Under the pieces are notes generated by a model. It did not search any database. It was not told the DNA's origin and saw only the letters and a program-made list of their open reading frames with translations. The position numbers were made by a program, and so were the translations under genes. 64,000 nt of DNA from the human T2T-CHM13v2.0 reference genome, Homo sapiens. The DNA is taken from the NCBI RefSeq assembly GCF_009914755.1, contig NC_060945.1; one strand, 5' to 3'. Positions 45,439 to 62,841 of this stretch are shown here, piece after piece (position 1 is the first letter of the stretch; every line of letters begins with the position of its first letter).

Positions 45439-46163
45439 ATATCTCTACACATTTTTCATGGATATTTTGATAATTCAGATGCATCAGTATTCTGGGCTTC
45501 AAGCACTCTTGCTGTAAAAAACCCTTAATAACCTAAATGCAATACAAGAAAAATACATTATTTGGTGGCAAAAGATAAATAGAAAAACATTAACATTGAT
45601 TTTATGCTCTGTGCCAGGCTCTGTGCTATGAGTATTAACAAAATATTAATAAAATATCTTTTTATTCACCTATTTATTTGCTTCCTAAATATTTGTAAGA
45701 ACTCTTTTATAGCCTGCATACCTTTCTCTGTAATGATGTCTTCCTTTTCTTTTCCAGCTTCAAGGGCCCACAATTACTTTATTTTACGAACCCTTATTTA
45801 GCAACTATACACAACACACACTCACAGTGACAAACAACGTAAGTAGTTGTACTGTGCAGATAATAACTCACTTAATCCTCATGTGTTCTATGAAGTAGGA
45901 ATTATTATTATCTACTTTTTATGCAAAATACCAAGGAGTAGTATAGTTAATTAACTTATCTATTGTCACTTAGCAAATAAGTGGCAGATTCAGAATTCCA
46001 GCTCAGGCACATGATCTGGCTACAAAATGAAGCTCTCACGTAAAATACTGTGATATGTAAGAGAAGAAATTTTATAAGGGGCTTAACTCAATTACCTCCA
46101 CTTTCTGACTTGAAAACTATTTGATTTTATTAAAACTTCATGATATGTCAACAAAATATAAAC

Positions 46164-47204
46164 AAAAGTCAATATGCTAAAGATGAAGAAAGAAAATCCT
46201 TACCTGTTTTCATCTTTAAACAGCTCTTCTGAAGCATGCAAACCCTCTTTTTGGTCTACGCTATGTGATAAAAAGCTATTTGTTTTAGCCACAGTTAATA
46301 GAGGACTTTAGTAATGTCAACAAAATTGGTTCCATTTTGAAAGTCTGTTGAACTTCACCTATGATATTTCATGCATTGTCAAAGATTTGTTTTATTTCAA
46401 AATTATGCATTTTCATTGATAACATTTGAAAAATAAGAATGTGGAAAAAATGTGTTGCCAAATGGTTTGTCAATTAATAGTTTAGTGATCACATATTTCA
46501 TTTCTTCCTAGATGACGCACATGCCGTAATCTAACTGACTTCTTTTTGCCACAGGCATTAAAAAGAACAAAAAATGTCTCAGTTGGATTTTATGAAACAA
46601 ACACATAAAGGAAGTGTTCGCCTCTGCATTTCTCCCCTCCGCCATGCCTGGTTTAGAGTGATTAATCCCTTTTGGTGTTTGTTAAAAAACATGTTATTGA
46701 TGTTATTAGAAGCCCATTTCATTGTAATTAATATCACTGGTTATTAGCTGTTCTTACAAAGGAAATGATTGGCTCTAGGCATCAACTTATGTAAGTTGTA
46801 TAAGGCAGCAGCCCTCTGAGAACAGATTCACTTCTCTCTCCTTTGCTAGCTCATTTGTGTCTGTCTGAAGCATGCAGTGTTAATTGCGTAGCCCAAAATC
46901 TACCCGCTCCTTGCTCTTTGCCAACAGAGCCCCAGTTTTTATCAGATTGTGAAAGTGTACAGCTTTTTTAGAATTATAGTCAGTCTAACCCTCTAAGCCA
47001 CACACACTTATTTTCCATTCTCCTTGCCTTACTTACTATTACATTTAAGGGAATAAAAGTCAACATGCTGAAGATGGATAAATAAAATTCTTAACTGTTT
47101 ATTTCTTTTAACAACTGTTCTGATGCATGTAAACTCTCCTTTTGGTCTATGCTTTGTGAATAAAAAGCTATTTATTTTAGCCACAGTTAATAGGGGACTT
47201 TAGT
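46164..47204 (+). repeat. Direct duplication of ~150 bp (46164-46312 and 47055-47204), MLT1-3'-end-like
   Basis: Both copies share 'aaaagtcaa.atgct.aagatg...ttttggtcta.gct.tgtga..aaaaagctattt.ttttagccacagttaatag.ggactttagt'. Confidence 0.88.
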
Positions 47205-47418
47205 TGCAGGCAAAAACATTCATTACTACTTCACCATCTGAAATAGACCTGCTCAGGACCGACCTACTTCCACAAAGGCTGACCGATCAAAACATGACTG
47301 AGCATTTATATTTTATCATTGTTTACCTAAGAAATATACTTATTCAAATCATTCTTCTAACCAGGAAAGTGTTTCTCTACCTTTTAGAGAAAAAAACACC
47401 TCAGTGTTTCAAATCTGA

Positions 47419-47910
47419 ATTTGGGAGTTTTTTAAAACATTTTTTTCCCAAATGTGGATAAGGCAAAAGAATTTTCCACTATGTTATTATTCACAACATT
47501 TGAAGCTTTGATAAGTTCTTATTTCTACACAGGTAGTTAAATTATTGATCTACACAGCTAAGAGTTTGAGGAATAACTTATGATTCATTCACATATCATG
47601 TAAGGCAGTCACAGAAATGGACACAACTCATAAGAAAGTGAAAGAACCATTATTTCTCCAGCAATAGAGATGTTTTTAATTGACCGACAGAAGTCTTTTG
47701 CTCAATGAAGAGTTACAATGGGAAACTTCTTTTCACTAATCTCCTGGGTTATTATTAATTATTGATATTACTTAACAATTAAAAATTCTGCAAGATATGA
47801 AGCCTTTCTTTTAGAATTGTTTAAAGGCAAGACAACAAATAAGATTTGACAATCTACTATGCATAATTTTAAATTCAAATTTGACTGTGGAGTCCTTATA
47901 GTAGTCAGGT
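47419..47910 (-). repeat. Inverted repeat, right arm
   Basis: Reverse complement of 44932-45438, lacking a ~15-bp block. Confidence 0.97.
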
Positions 47911-49412
47911 GACTTGGGTGCGTTAAAGGTATTCAGTTTCATAAGGGAAGCTGAGCATAAAAGTTTGGAAAATTTGCAGGCTGACAATTTGATAGAAAGG
48001 AAAAACCCATCTTCCGAGGAGAAATTCAAGCAGGCTGCAGAAATTTGCATAAGTAACAAGGAGCCAAATGTTAATCACCAAGACAATGGGAAAATGTCTC
48101 CAGGGCATGTCAGAGGTCTTCATGACAGCCCCTCCCACCATAGGTCTGGAGGCCTAGGAGAAAATGATTTTGTGGGCCGGTCCCAGGGCCCCCTTGCTAT
48201 CTGCAGCTTATGGACTTGGTGCTCTGCATTCCAACTTTGGCTGAAAGGGGCCAATGTAGAGTGCAGGCCATGGCTTCAGAGAGTGGAAGCCCAAAGCCTT
48301 TTCAGCTTCCACATGGTGTTGAGCCTGTGAGTGCACAGAAGTCAAGAATTGAGGTTTGGGAACCTCTGCCTAGATTTCAGAATATGTATGGAAATACCTG
48401 GATGTCCAGGCAGAAGTTTGCTGCAGGGTGGGGCGCTCATGGAGAACCTCTGCTAGGGCAGTGCAGAAGGAAAATGTGGGGTTGGAGCACACAGAGGCCC
48501 TACTGGGGCACCACCTAGTGGAGCTGTGAGAAGAGAGTCACTTTCCTCCAGACCCCAGAATGGTATATCCACCAACAGCTTGCCCTGTTCACCTGGAAAA
48601 GTTGCAAACCCTGAATGCCAACTCATGAAAGCAGCTGGGAGGGAGGCTCTACCCTGCAAAGCCACAGGACAGAGCTGCCCAAGACCATGGGAACCCACCT
48701 CTTGCATCAGCATCAGTGTGACCTGGATGTGAGACCTGGAGTCAAAGGAGATCATTTTGGAGCTATAAAATTTGACTGTCCTGCTGGATTTCAGACTAGC
48801 ATGGGCCCCCTAACCACTTTGTTTTGGCCAATTTCTCCCATTTGGAATGGCTGTGTTAACTCAATACCTGTACCCCCAGTGTATCTAGGCTTTTGATTTT
48901 ACAGGCTTATAGGCAGAAGGGACTTGCCTTGTGTCAGATGAGACTTTGAACTGTGGACTTTTGAGTTAATGCTGTAATGAGCTAAGACTTTGGGGGACTG
49001 TTGGGAAGGCATGATTGGTTTTGAAATGTGGGGACATGAGATTTGGAGGGGCCGGGGTGGAATGATATGGTTTGGTTCTGTGTCCCCACCCAAATCTCAT
49101 CTTGAATTATACTCCCATAATTCCCACGTGCTGTGGGAGGGAACCAGTGGGAGATAATTTGAATCAAGAAGGCAGTTTCTCCCATACTGTTCTTATGGTA
49201 GTGAATAAATTTCATGAGATCTGATGGTTTTATCAGGGGTTTCCACTTTTGTGTCTTCATCATTTTCTCTTTCTGCTGCCACGTAGGAAGTGCCTTTCAA
49301 CTTCTGCCATGATTCTGAGGTTTCCTCAGCCATGTAGAACTGTAAGTCCAATTAAACCTCTTTTTCTTCCCAGTCTTGGGTATGTCTTTAGCAGCATGAA
49401 GACAAATTAACA
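47911..49412 (+). mobile_element. 5'-truncated THE1A-like element (internal 47911-49062, 3' LTR 49063-49412)
   Basis: THE1-int motifs followed by LTR TGATATGGTTTGG...'atcaggggtttcc.cttttg'...'gtccaattaaacctctttttcttcccagtct'. No 5' LTR present. Confidence 0.92.
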
Positions 49413-52028
49413 TGCCTACGTAGATGTATGAACAAAGTTTCTAGTTCTAGTGTTTGTAATTTGAGATTACTTATACTATACTTGCAGCTTTGCCTAGTTT
49501 TCTTCCTAAAATGTTCAACTACATGTTACTCTCATTGAGTACCTTAATATATTTCACATCCATTAAGAATTTTAAAGAGAGATATGTATTTTTGCTCAAA
49601 TAATTTCTTAATTTAAATATAGTTTTAATTCACCAGAGCATGAATCCAAGTAGTTAAAAATATGTATGTTGTATGTTCAGCTCATGAATCTTCCCATTAT
49701 ATTTACTATTACTGATTGATGCATGTTAGCACTTATCACCTTTTCACAATGTTAGCATCAGTCTTTGTGAAAGCTGTACCTCTTAGTAAATATCTGAAAA
49801 TATTGCATTAAAATTAAAATTTGGGGTCACAAAAAAGTCACTGTTAGATGTGTATCAATGCTGGTGAATAATCATATTTCACAATTAGTGACACCTTTTT
49901 CTATCTGCTTGAAGAAGGTTATATAGCATTCTGTTTTTGATAGTTTAAATGGTTTCTCTCAAAAGATGTGTAGTATCTGTCCAAAACATTTGGTCCCATA
50001 AAAAAGAAACTATGTTTTGCCTTGGGTAATTTTATGTTGCTTGATCAAAGATCTAGTTACTTATTTTGGCAGCAGAAAATATATTGGTGAAGGTGTTCAC
50101 CTAGAATGAAGCTTCAATTCTATGGGGATAGATTCATTCTTTATCTTGGTGGTGGTTGCTCAACCAAAACTGGGCATTTTTCAGCTTGTCCAACTAGTGT
50201 GGCAATTGTTATTAGGAAACTTCTTTGACGAAATCATCACTTATGCCATACATATCCAATAAAAGAAGAGCAGAATTACTACAATCTGCTGCTCTGTATG
50301 CTGGTGCAATAACACCAAATATTAGCTTGTCAAATTCATCTTATGCAAGTTTGTGATCAAGGTTTTCCAATCATTTCCGGATACAAGTAATCATGAGACA
50401 CAGGGAAAACAAGGAGAGGTCTGGGCCCACCAATGTAGCTCTGATATTCCCTTCTTGCAGCAGTGGAATGCACTCTGGTCCACAATATATCAAATGTGTA
50501 ATAATGTATGCAGCTAGATTATTTACATAGAAGAGAGTTCTTTTGGTCTTAAAAGACATTCTTTTTATTCTTATAAATTATACAGCTTTTGTGACATTTT
50601 CCAGGCAAATGTGCTCCAAAACTCTACACATGTTAGTTTGCTTAGCATGTACAGTCTTAGAACAGATATATCTGACTAAAAGCAATCCATAGGAAGGAAC
50701 TCTCCAGCTAGCAAGACCATTAGTTCATTTGTTATTAGCAAATTAGCAAATTGTCCAGATCACCATTTTTCTTTGCTGTAAAGTCTCCCAGTAAAAAGAG
50801 AAAAAGAATTTTATACTTGCTGTGTTAGTTTATAGAATAAAAATTTGTGCTCCATCAAGGCTACAAATGTCTTAAGAACCAGCCTAGCCCAAGGATGTTA
50901 TTGCTTTTATCCTGAAATGTTTTATATTATAATAAATATCCTGTGTACTTACTTTCCAGCCAGGTTTTTCCTTTGTAATTGCTGTATTTTATGCAGGTTG
51001 ACATACTTCTTAATATGGTCTCACATTGACCATATTATGTAAAGTTTTATCATGGCCCTATCCCTTGATTCTGGGTCTCTTGGTCCATTCTTTCTGTTTT
51101 CCATTGAAACTTCGGAATTTCTCCCCTGTTTCTTTTCTTTCTTTGTCTTTTCAAAGATGATATTCAAGGAGAGTAGTTAAATATGTTGATTCAAACAATA
51201 GCTTGTATGGCAATTTAAATTTCATTTTAAATTATTGTATATACTTTTCCTTCTTTTCTCCAATAAGAACTTTTTTCCAAAGTATAGTTGTGTTCAAACT
51301 ATGAGTCCACTAAAGCAATTATAATTAAATAACTTGAATAGTTTAATTTAAAATGATTTCTCATATGCATAAAATTTTTCTTACTAAAATTTCCATTTAC
51401 TTTTACAAGTTTTTCCACTTTAGAAAATATAGGATTTATCTATGCAATCAAAAATGCCTACTAGAGCCTTTTAGCTTTTCTCTTTCTGAAATGAAAATGA
51501 AATGTACCAAATTACCTTTGGTAAATGCACTTTCTAATTCTTCTATGCTACTTCCACATATTGATTTCTATAACAGAAAAAGTATATATGTTTACTAAAG
51601 TGTGTCAATGACTTTCTTTTACTTTTAAGAAAATAAGTAAAATTATTGGGTGAATATTCAAGGAATTTTAATAAAGTTTTCTTACATTTATCTTCATCTT
51701 CAGATCCTTGCATTGAACTGAAAACTTTAATTCTGAATAATTTGTAGCTTCCTGAATACATTTTGCTTTGTCATGAACTCATCCCTTCATATAAAGTATT
51801 CTCTTACACTTGGGTTTCTGGATTATCATTTCCTCCATTCCTCTTTCCTACTTGGAGGCCTCTTATTTATCCTTTAAGCCATATTCCAAGAGTTTTCTCC
51901 TCTGATAATACTTCTCTGAACTCTTCTATTATTTGTAGTTTGAGACACTATGTCTTCATCAATTTCCTGAGCTATTTATGTAATATTTAGTAACATTATG
52001 AAAATAATAGAATCTTACTTTTGTGTCA

Positions 52029-52485
52029 TGTTAAGGGTTGAATTGTGCCTCGCCAAAATACACATGTTGAAGTACTAAATCTCAGTACCTCAGATTGCCA
52101 CCTTGTTAGGAAACAGGGTCATTGCAGATGTAACTAGTGAAATTAAGTGGAGGACATAATGGAGTAGGGTGGGCTCCTAATCAAATCTGAAAGGTATCCT
52201 TATAGGAAAGAAGGTTATGTGAAGACACAGAAATACAGGAAGAATGAACCGTGAAATGGGAGACAGAGATTGGAGTTATGCTTCCATACGCTAAAGAAAG
52301 CATCAGGCTACCAGGAGTCGGGAGAGTCAAGGTAGCATCCTTCCCTAGGGGCTTCAGAGAGACCACAGCCCGGCCCACGTAGATTTTGGATTTCCAGCCT
52401 CAAGGACAAGGAGATAAGAAATTTCTGTTGTTTAAAGCCACCAGCTTGTGGCACTTTGTTTAGGCAACCCTAGGAAACTGATTGA
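52029..52485 (+). mobile_element. Solo MLT1B/C-like LTR
   Basis: 'tgttaagggttgaattgtg...gggtcattgcagatgtaa...aaatttctgttgtttaaagcca...ccctaggaaact'; TSD tgtca on both sides. Confidence 0.88.
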
Positions 52486-53072
52486 TGTCATGAAATTTTA
52501 GATGTCTTGGGAAACAGTAAAATTCTTCTCTAGTTTTTATACTCATCAATCATGATGTGATTTTTTTTCTTCTCCGAAAAAGTGGGGACTAATTATTTGT
52601 GAGAGTTAACTATTTTTGTCAAGTAAGTAATGCAAAGATTCCCGTGTACCTTTCTCGGAAAGATAACTTTGTATCATGGCAAAAAATTGAACATTTAATA
52701 AGTAACATGGTGAAAAATCCCAATTTAGAAAGTGTATGAGTTTACTTTTTTCATGTTAATACTAACTAGCAGCCAATATGCTGACACTGAACATACCTTA
52801 AATGGGGGAAATGGAGTCATTGTTGCACCTGACCACTGCTAGCAATGTTTGTCCTGGTAAGTATTTAAAACATTTTAGTGTCTCAAAAGATGGAAAAGAA
52901 TGGCCTAATCCACGCTGACTGATGAGAATAACTCAGGAACAGCAAATTAAAACCAAATTGGTGTTATCCACATCTTGTGCAACTCTTGTGTTGAAAATAA
53001 AGGAGCAGGAAAAACTTTTTGATTAAATTTCTGGAACTTCTGCCTCATTTATCTTAAAAATAACAGAGTTTA

Positions 53073-53348
53073 GGCCTGGCATGGTGGCTTATGCCTGTAA
53101 TTGTAACACTTTGGGAGGCAGACGAGGGCAGATTGCTTGAGCCCAGGAGTTTGAGACCAGCCTGGGTAACATGGAGAAACCCTGTCTCTAGAAAAAATAC
53201 AAAAGAATTAGACAGGCATGGTGGCTGAGGTGGGAGAATCACCTGAGCTTGAGAGGTCAAGGCTGCAGTGATCCATGATTGTGCTACTGCACTCCAGCCT
53301 GGGTGAGAAAGTAAGACCTTGTCTCAAAAAAAAAAAAAAAAAAAAAAA
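53073..53348 (+). mobile_element. AluJ with small internal deletion
   Basis: 'gcttgagcccaggagttt', 'aggtcaaggctgcagtga'; TSD aaaataaca(g/t)agttt. Confidence 0.92.
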
Positions 53349-54725
53349 GAAAATAACATAGTTTGAGGATATAAAGAATACTCATTTCAGATTTTGGTAA
53401 GGGCCGAGTATGTTCAGATATACCTTCTAGCTGTTATTATTAACTTTATACATTTTCCTAAAATGTTATGATGAGTAGTTTGTTTTGGAGTTTTGCAGAT
53501 AAACTGTAATTAACATTTTTCTTATTTTGAAAAGTTGAAAAATATCTGTCCTTCAGTTTCTGGAATTTGTCCAGTTTGTTTTTAAAAAAATAAATGATCT
53601 GGCAATTGGATACTCACTACTTACTCTGAAAAGCCATTGTTGCCAATTTGGCAGGTCCAATACAGGGGTAAGGAGCTCTTTCACATGGATCCATTTGTTA
53701 TACTACTGCTCTGCGGTGCAAGATTAAATTAATCTCTCCTTTGTTTTTTCTTTCATGTGAAATGGCTTCAAATATTTTATTTTGGCTAGTATCAACCTTC
53801 TAAAAAGATAGCATATACGTGTTCGTACATCCAGCTACTTCAATAAAAGGAAGACTCACCATAATCTATACCTGCAGCTACATCTACATTGCACGTATAC
53901 TCATATCTATAGCTAATCTCTATCTCTACACACAGAGATACATGCACATATATACACACATTTATATATGTACACACATAAGTATAAACATGCATAAATA
54001 TTTTTATATTATTGTTACTGTTCAATTACATATATATGTATTATATATCTTAGAATCAGAGAGCTAAATATTCCATTTTTTGTGTCTTTTTCTATCTTCA
54101 GTTTTAAGATGCTCTTTTCCTAGGTAATTTAATATCCATTTCTCTTAGAGAAGATAACAGAAGCAGACACATATCCAGAATAGTGATTTTTAAAAATATC
54201 TATGTAAACAGTCATAAATCTGGTGTATTTACACAACTATTTGCAGAACAATTATTATAGTTTGGATTACTACCCTACAGGAACATAACTGCTTTGTAAG
54301 CTTTCTAAAATATTTTTTTCTAATAATCTCTTACTTCTTCTGAATAGGAGGTATATATTAGCTATATCATTTGATAAACATCTTAATCCATCCAATGTTT
54401 TAGAAATATTTGAAATAGAAATTACATATTTGGAAGAAAGATTATTAAAAGGCACTATTAGTTACTTCTAAATAAATACATTTAAAAACTCATCTATTGC
54501 TCATAAATTAAACATCATGCATAAGTTATCTAGCCTTATATAATTATAATTTGATTGGACAAATTGAGTCTTTCATCTGTACTTAGAATTTATTTGTAAG
54601 TACTTTAAAAATAGATATTATCTTTTCTAAATTTTTTTCATCCTTGATGTTCCTTGAGGAAAGAAGTCCTTGGAGGAAGCAATAACCTCTACCTTGTATT
54701 TATATCCATCCTTTTATTTCACTTA

Positions 54726-58127
<3,402 letters not shown>

Positions 58128-59728
58128 AAACATTATTAATTTCTTTCTAGATCATCTCTTATACCAGAAAATGGTAAAATTAAAAGACATCTTTTTTAAA
58201 AATGTTAAGGAACAGTAATTAATATTGTTTCATATTTGTATGGTGCTTTATACTCTCTATCACAAATACCGTCTCATCATTTCACAGTAAGAATAACTGC
58301 CAGCACCATAAGCTATACCTGGCCCTGAGTCACAGTAGGAAAATCAGCAGCAACAAATACCTGATAACAAACAATAATCTATTTTAATTATATGCAAAGT
58401 GTATATGCTTGTATGTACTTATTTATTGTGAAAATTATGAATCAGAAAACTTTTCTGTTAGACATGACTGTATATCAATTTATGTAGATTTAATTAATGA
58501 CTTCAAATAATTATAAAATAATGCTTTAATGCTAAACGTTGTAGAACATTCTTTTGTTTTCCATAAAATCATGAAGCCCAGTAGTCTACATGATTTTCTT
58601 CGAAATCTTTTAATTAATCAGGGCTCTGAATTCTTTCTTATAAATCTTCTTTCTTATAGTTAAAAATGTTGAAAACAATCAACTCTAAAAGTCAATTCTC
58701 TCTTTATAGTCAGTTCCTGATAATGTCTCCCAAATGATCCTCAGAAATTACTGCTGGCCATTTGAGGTTTACACATATTCATCTCTGTATTTGCTTTTAC
58801 AAACTTACCCATGGAAAATGATCTTTTTGTTATAATGCTTTGCATTGAAGTAGTTCATTATATTTAAAAATTTCAATTAATTTTGCTAATACCTCATGTT
58901 GAAGGAGCAAGAATTTCTATGATCATATAATTGATGGAAAAACTGTAGCACAGAGAGTTTAAAAGATTTACCCAGAGATATTCATCAAGATAACAGTTTA
59001 GTTGATGATAACAATGCAGAATAACCTATTTTTAAGCAGTTTTTATTCTTTACTCAAAGTAGTCTTTTCTAAGTATATAAAGAAGTTTTGAATGAATTAT
59101 AAAAGTAATGAATTTTTTAAACATACAACATTTAAGTATTATGGTCATCAGAATATAAAATATATAGCACAGAACTTTTATACTAACTGCATTATTTTTC
59201 CAATTCAAATAGCATTGGTCATCGTGTTTTATAGAAATAGGGTTTTGAATGTGGGAGTGTTATCTCTTGACACTAGACAGTAGAATTTACAAAAGCATTG
59301 TGATGAAAGTGACAAGAATCAATAATGGGAAGGAGAGGTATAAATTAAATTGGATTTATGGATGGAAAAAAAAGAGACTAGTTAGATTTAGAGGCAGAAA
59401 ATTACAGCACAAAGAGAGACTAGATACCATCTTTAAAGCTCTTATTGAAATGTAAAATATTTTTAGTAGATAGCAGTGTAACCCAGTTCAGAGAGATTTA
59501 TCGAAAGCTAGAAATCACTTGAGAACAGAAAGCAGAGATCTTAGATAATGACTTCAAAGGCACAAAATGTTTTCATGAGGGAAACTTGTAAAGGTTGTGG
59601 GGTTGTTGTGGATAAGTTTTATAATTACACAGTACCATGGGACCATAGATGACTAGGCAAAATTCTCAAGGAAAGTTGTAGACACATTTTACCTATGTGG
59701 AACTCACACAGAAGAAAACTGTAGTGAT

Positions 59729-60166
<438 letters not shown>

Positions 60167-60621
60167 TCAGAATCTTAGTCATATGTGATGATCAGGATGA
60201 ATTGTAGGATCATATGGCTTATTTTTCATATTTATTATCCCATGCTATAAGTAGCACCTATTTTCAAGGTTTGAAATTCTTATAAGCTACTCAATTTAAA
60301 AAAAATCAGAAAATATTCATTGATTTTGTGTACTTTTGAATAATTGTGTATTTAACAAATGGTTTGCTAAATTCTTGTCATGACCTGTTCATGTAAATAA
60401 ATTCTTATCATGACCTATTTATATAATTGACATTCATTGTAGTATCTTTTATAACATTCTTTAAAGGTCTGATTTAAAAGAAAATTAGTGTAATATAGTG
60501 ATTGTTAATAATATAGTTGTTGGACTTTTTCTGCTTAAAGTATAATTACTTCGATGTTACAGAATGATCAACCTACTAACAGCAATTGTTTAGATGAGCT
60601 ATTTGAACAATTGAACAATCA

Positions 60622-60970
<349 letters not shown>

Positions 60971-60972
60971 GA

Positions 60973-61638
<666 letters not shown>

Positions 61639-62841
61639 CAGGACACATTATTTTAAAGAATCTCTGATGATCAAAGTTGTTCCTTAGTTTAACGTAATCT
61701 CCTACTCATTCCTCCTCTTCTTTCATTGCTACTTTACTATAACTGTCCTTTGTGTTGTTAAAATTCCTATCTTTCCAATAATACTGTTTTACTTTAACAT
61801 CAATGAATTGTTTTTTCTTAGTTACCTTGAGTCTTATTTTGATTAATTTTATTTAAAAATATCCTGTATTTCATCTGCTCTCTCCATCAGATATGGCTGT
61901 TTCCTAAGAACGATGTTTATCCTACTTTGCTCATTATTAGCTTTTGGCATGGATGGGCTTGACGTATTTGCTAGCAGATTATCTACTATAAGTAATAAAA
62001 CATTCTGGCACCACATTGCTATTTGTGTAAACCAGACAAATGTTTTCTGTACTTTTTTCTCCTTACATATATTTTTCATTCACTCTTGCAAACTTTTGCT
62101 CCAAATATAAGTTAAGCTATAAAGTAGTTATTTATATTTTTAAATAAATTATTCAAAGTAATCAATGCTAGGTTTTCCTTAATGATACACAACTTCCTAG
62201 ATGTTCTTAGGAGAAAAAACTCCCTTGCATCACACAAAGCCAAAATATTGCTACCTTGAATATCACATTTCTTATCCCGGTAAGTTTGGGACAGTTTATC
62301 TGGCTCTCTCAAGGACATCCAGCTAGTTGATCAGAGTTCAAATACTGCTCTGTTTATTTTGTTATACAGATATTCCATGGTAATTTCTTCCAAGCTTAGA
62401 TAAAATATTTCCTCAAACTTTTATTATGATGATTTCATTCTAGGGTTAATGCAGTGTTCTGAAAGAATAAAATCAGTTTTGAAATGAAGTATATTTTAAT
62501 ACGATTCTGACGTATCAATTCTATTTGGCCTGAAAAAATCAGTTCGGGGTACCATACATAGAGTTAATCACCAAAGGTATTAGGAAGTGATTACTGGATA
62601 GATTAAGAACAGGTGATGGGATGTAGGTTAATTAGAATTAAGTTCAAATATACCTTGAATTAAGTTCAAATATACTGACCCATCTTCCTCCCCAACCTCC
62701 AACTATCCATGGACACTTTGCATGTGTATATTTACAAATTACAAAGAAATTGGCAAACTAGCCCCGATTAAATAGTGCAGAGAAACAAGAGATGAGGAAA
62801 AACGGCAGGGAAGCTACGAAAAGAAAAAATAAAATAAATAA

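Noticed and set aside
44932-47910. DNA transposon or foldback element with long terminal inverted repeats
   Set aside because: No target-site duplication is evident outside the arms, the spacer has no transposase remnant, and one end truncates a THE1A; a local inverted duplication fits better.
47914-48896. Cluster of 70-140 aa ORFs (also 10691-12641)
   Set aside because: They lie within THE1 internal/LTR sequence and are decayed MaLR frames.
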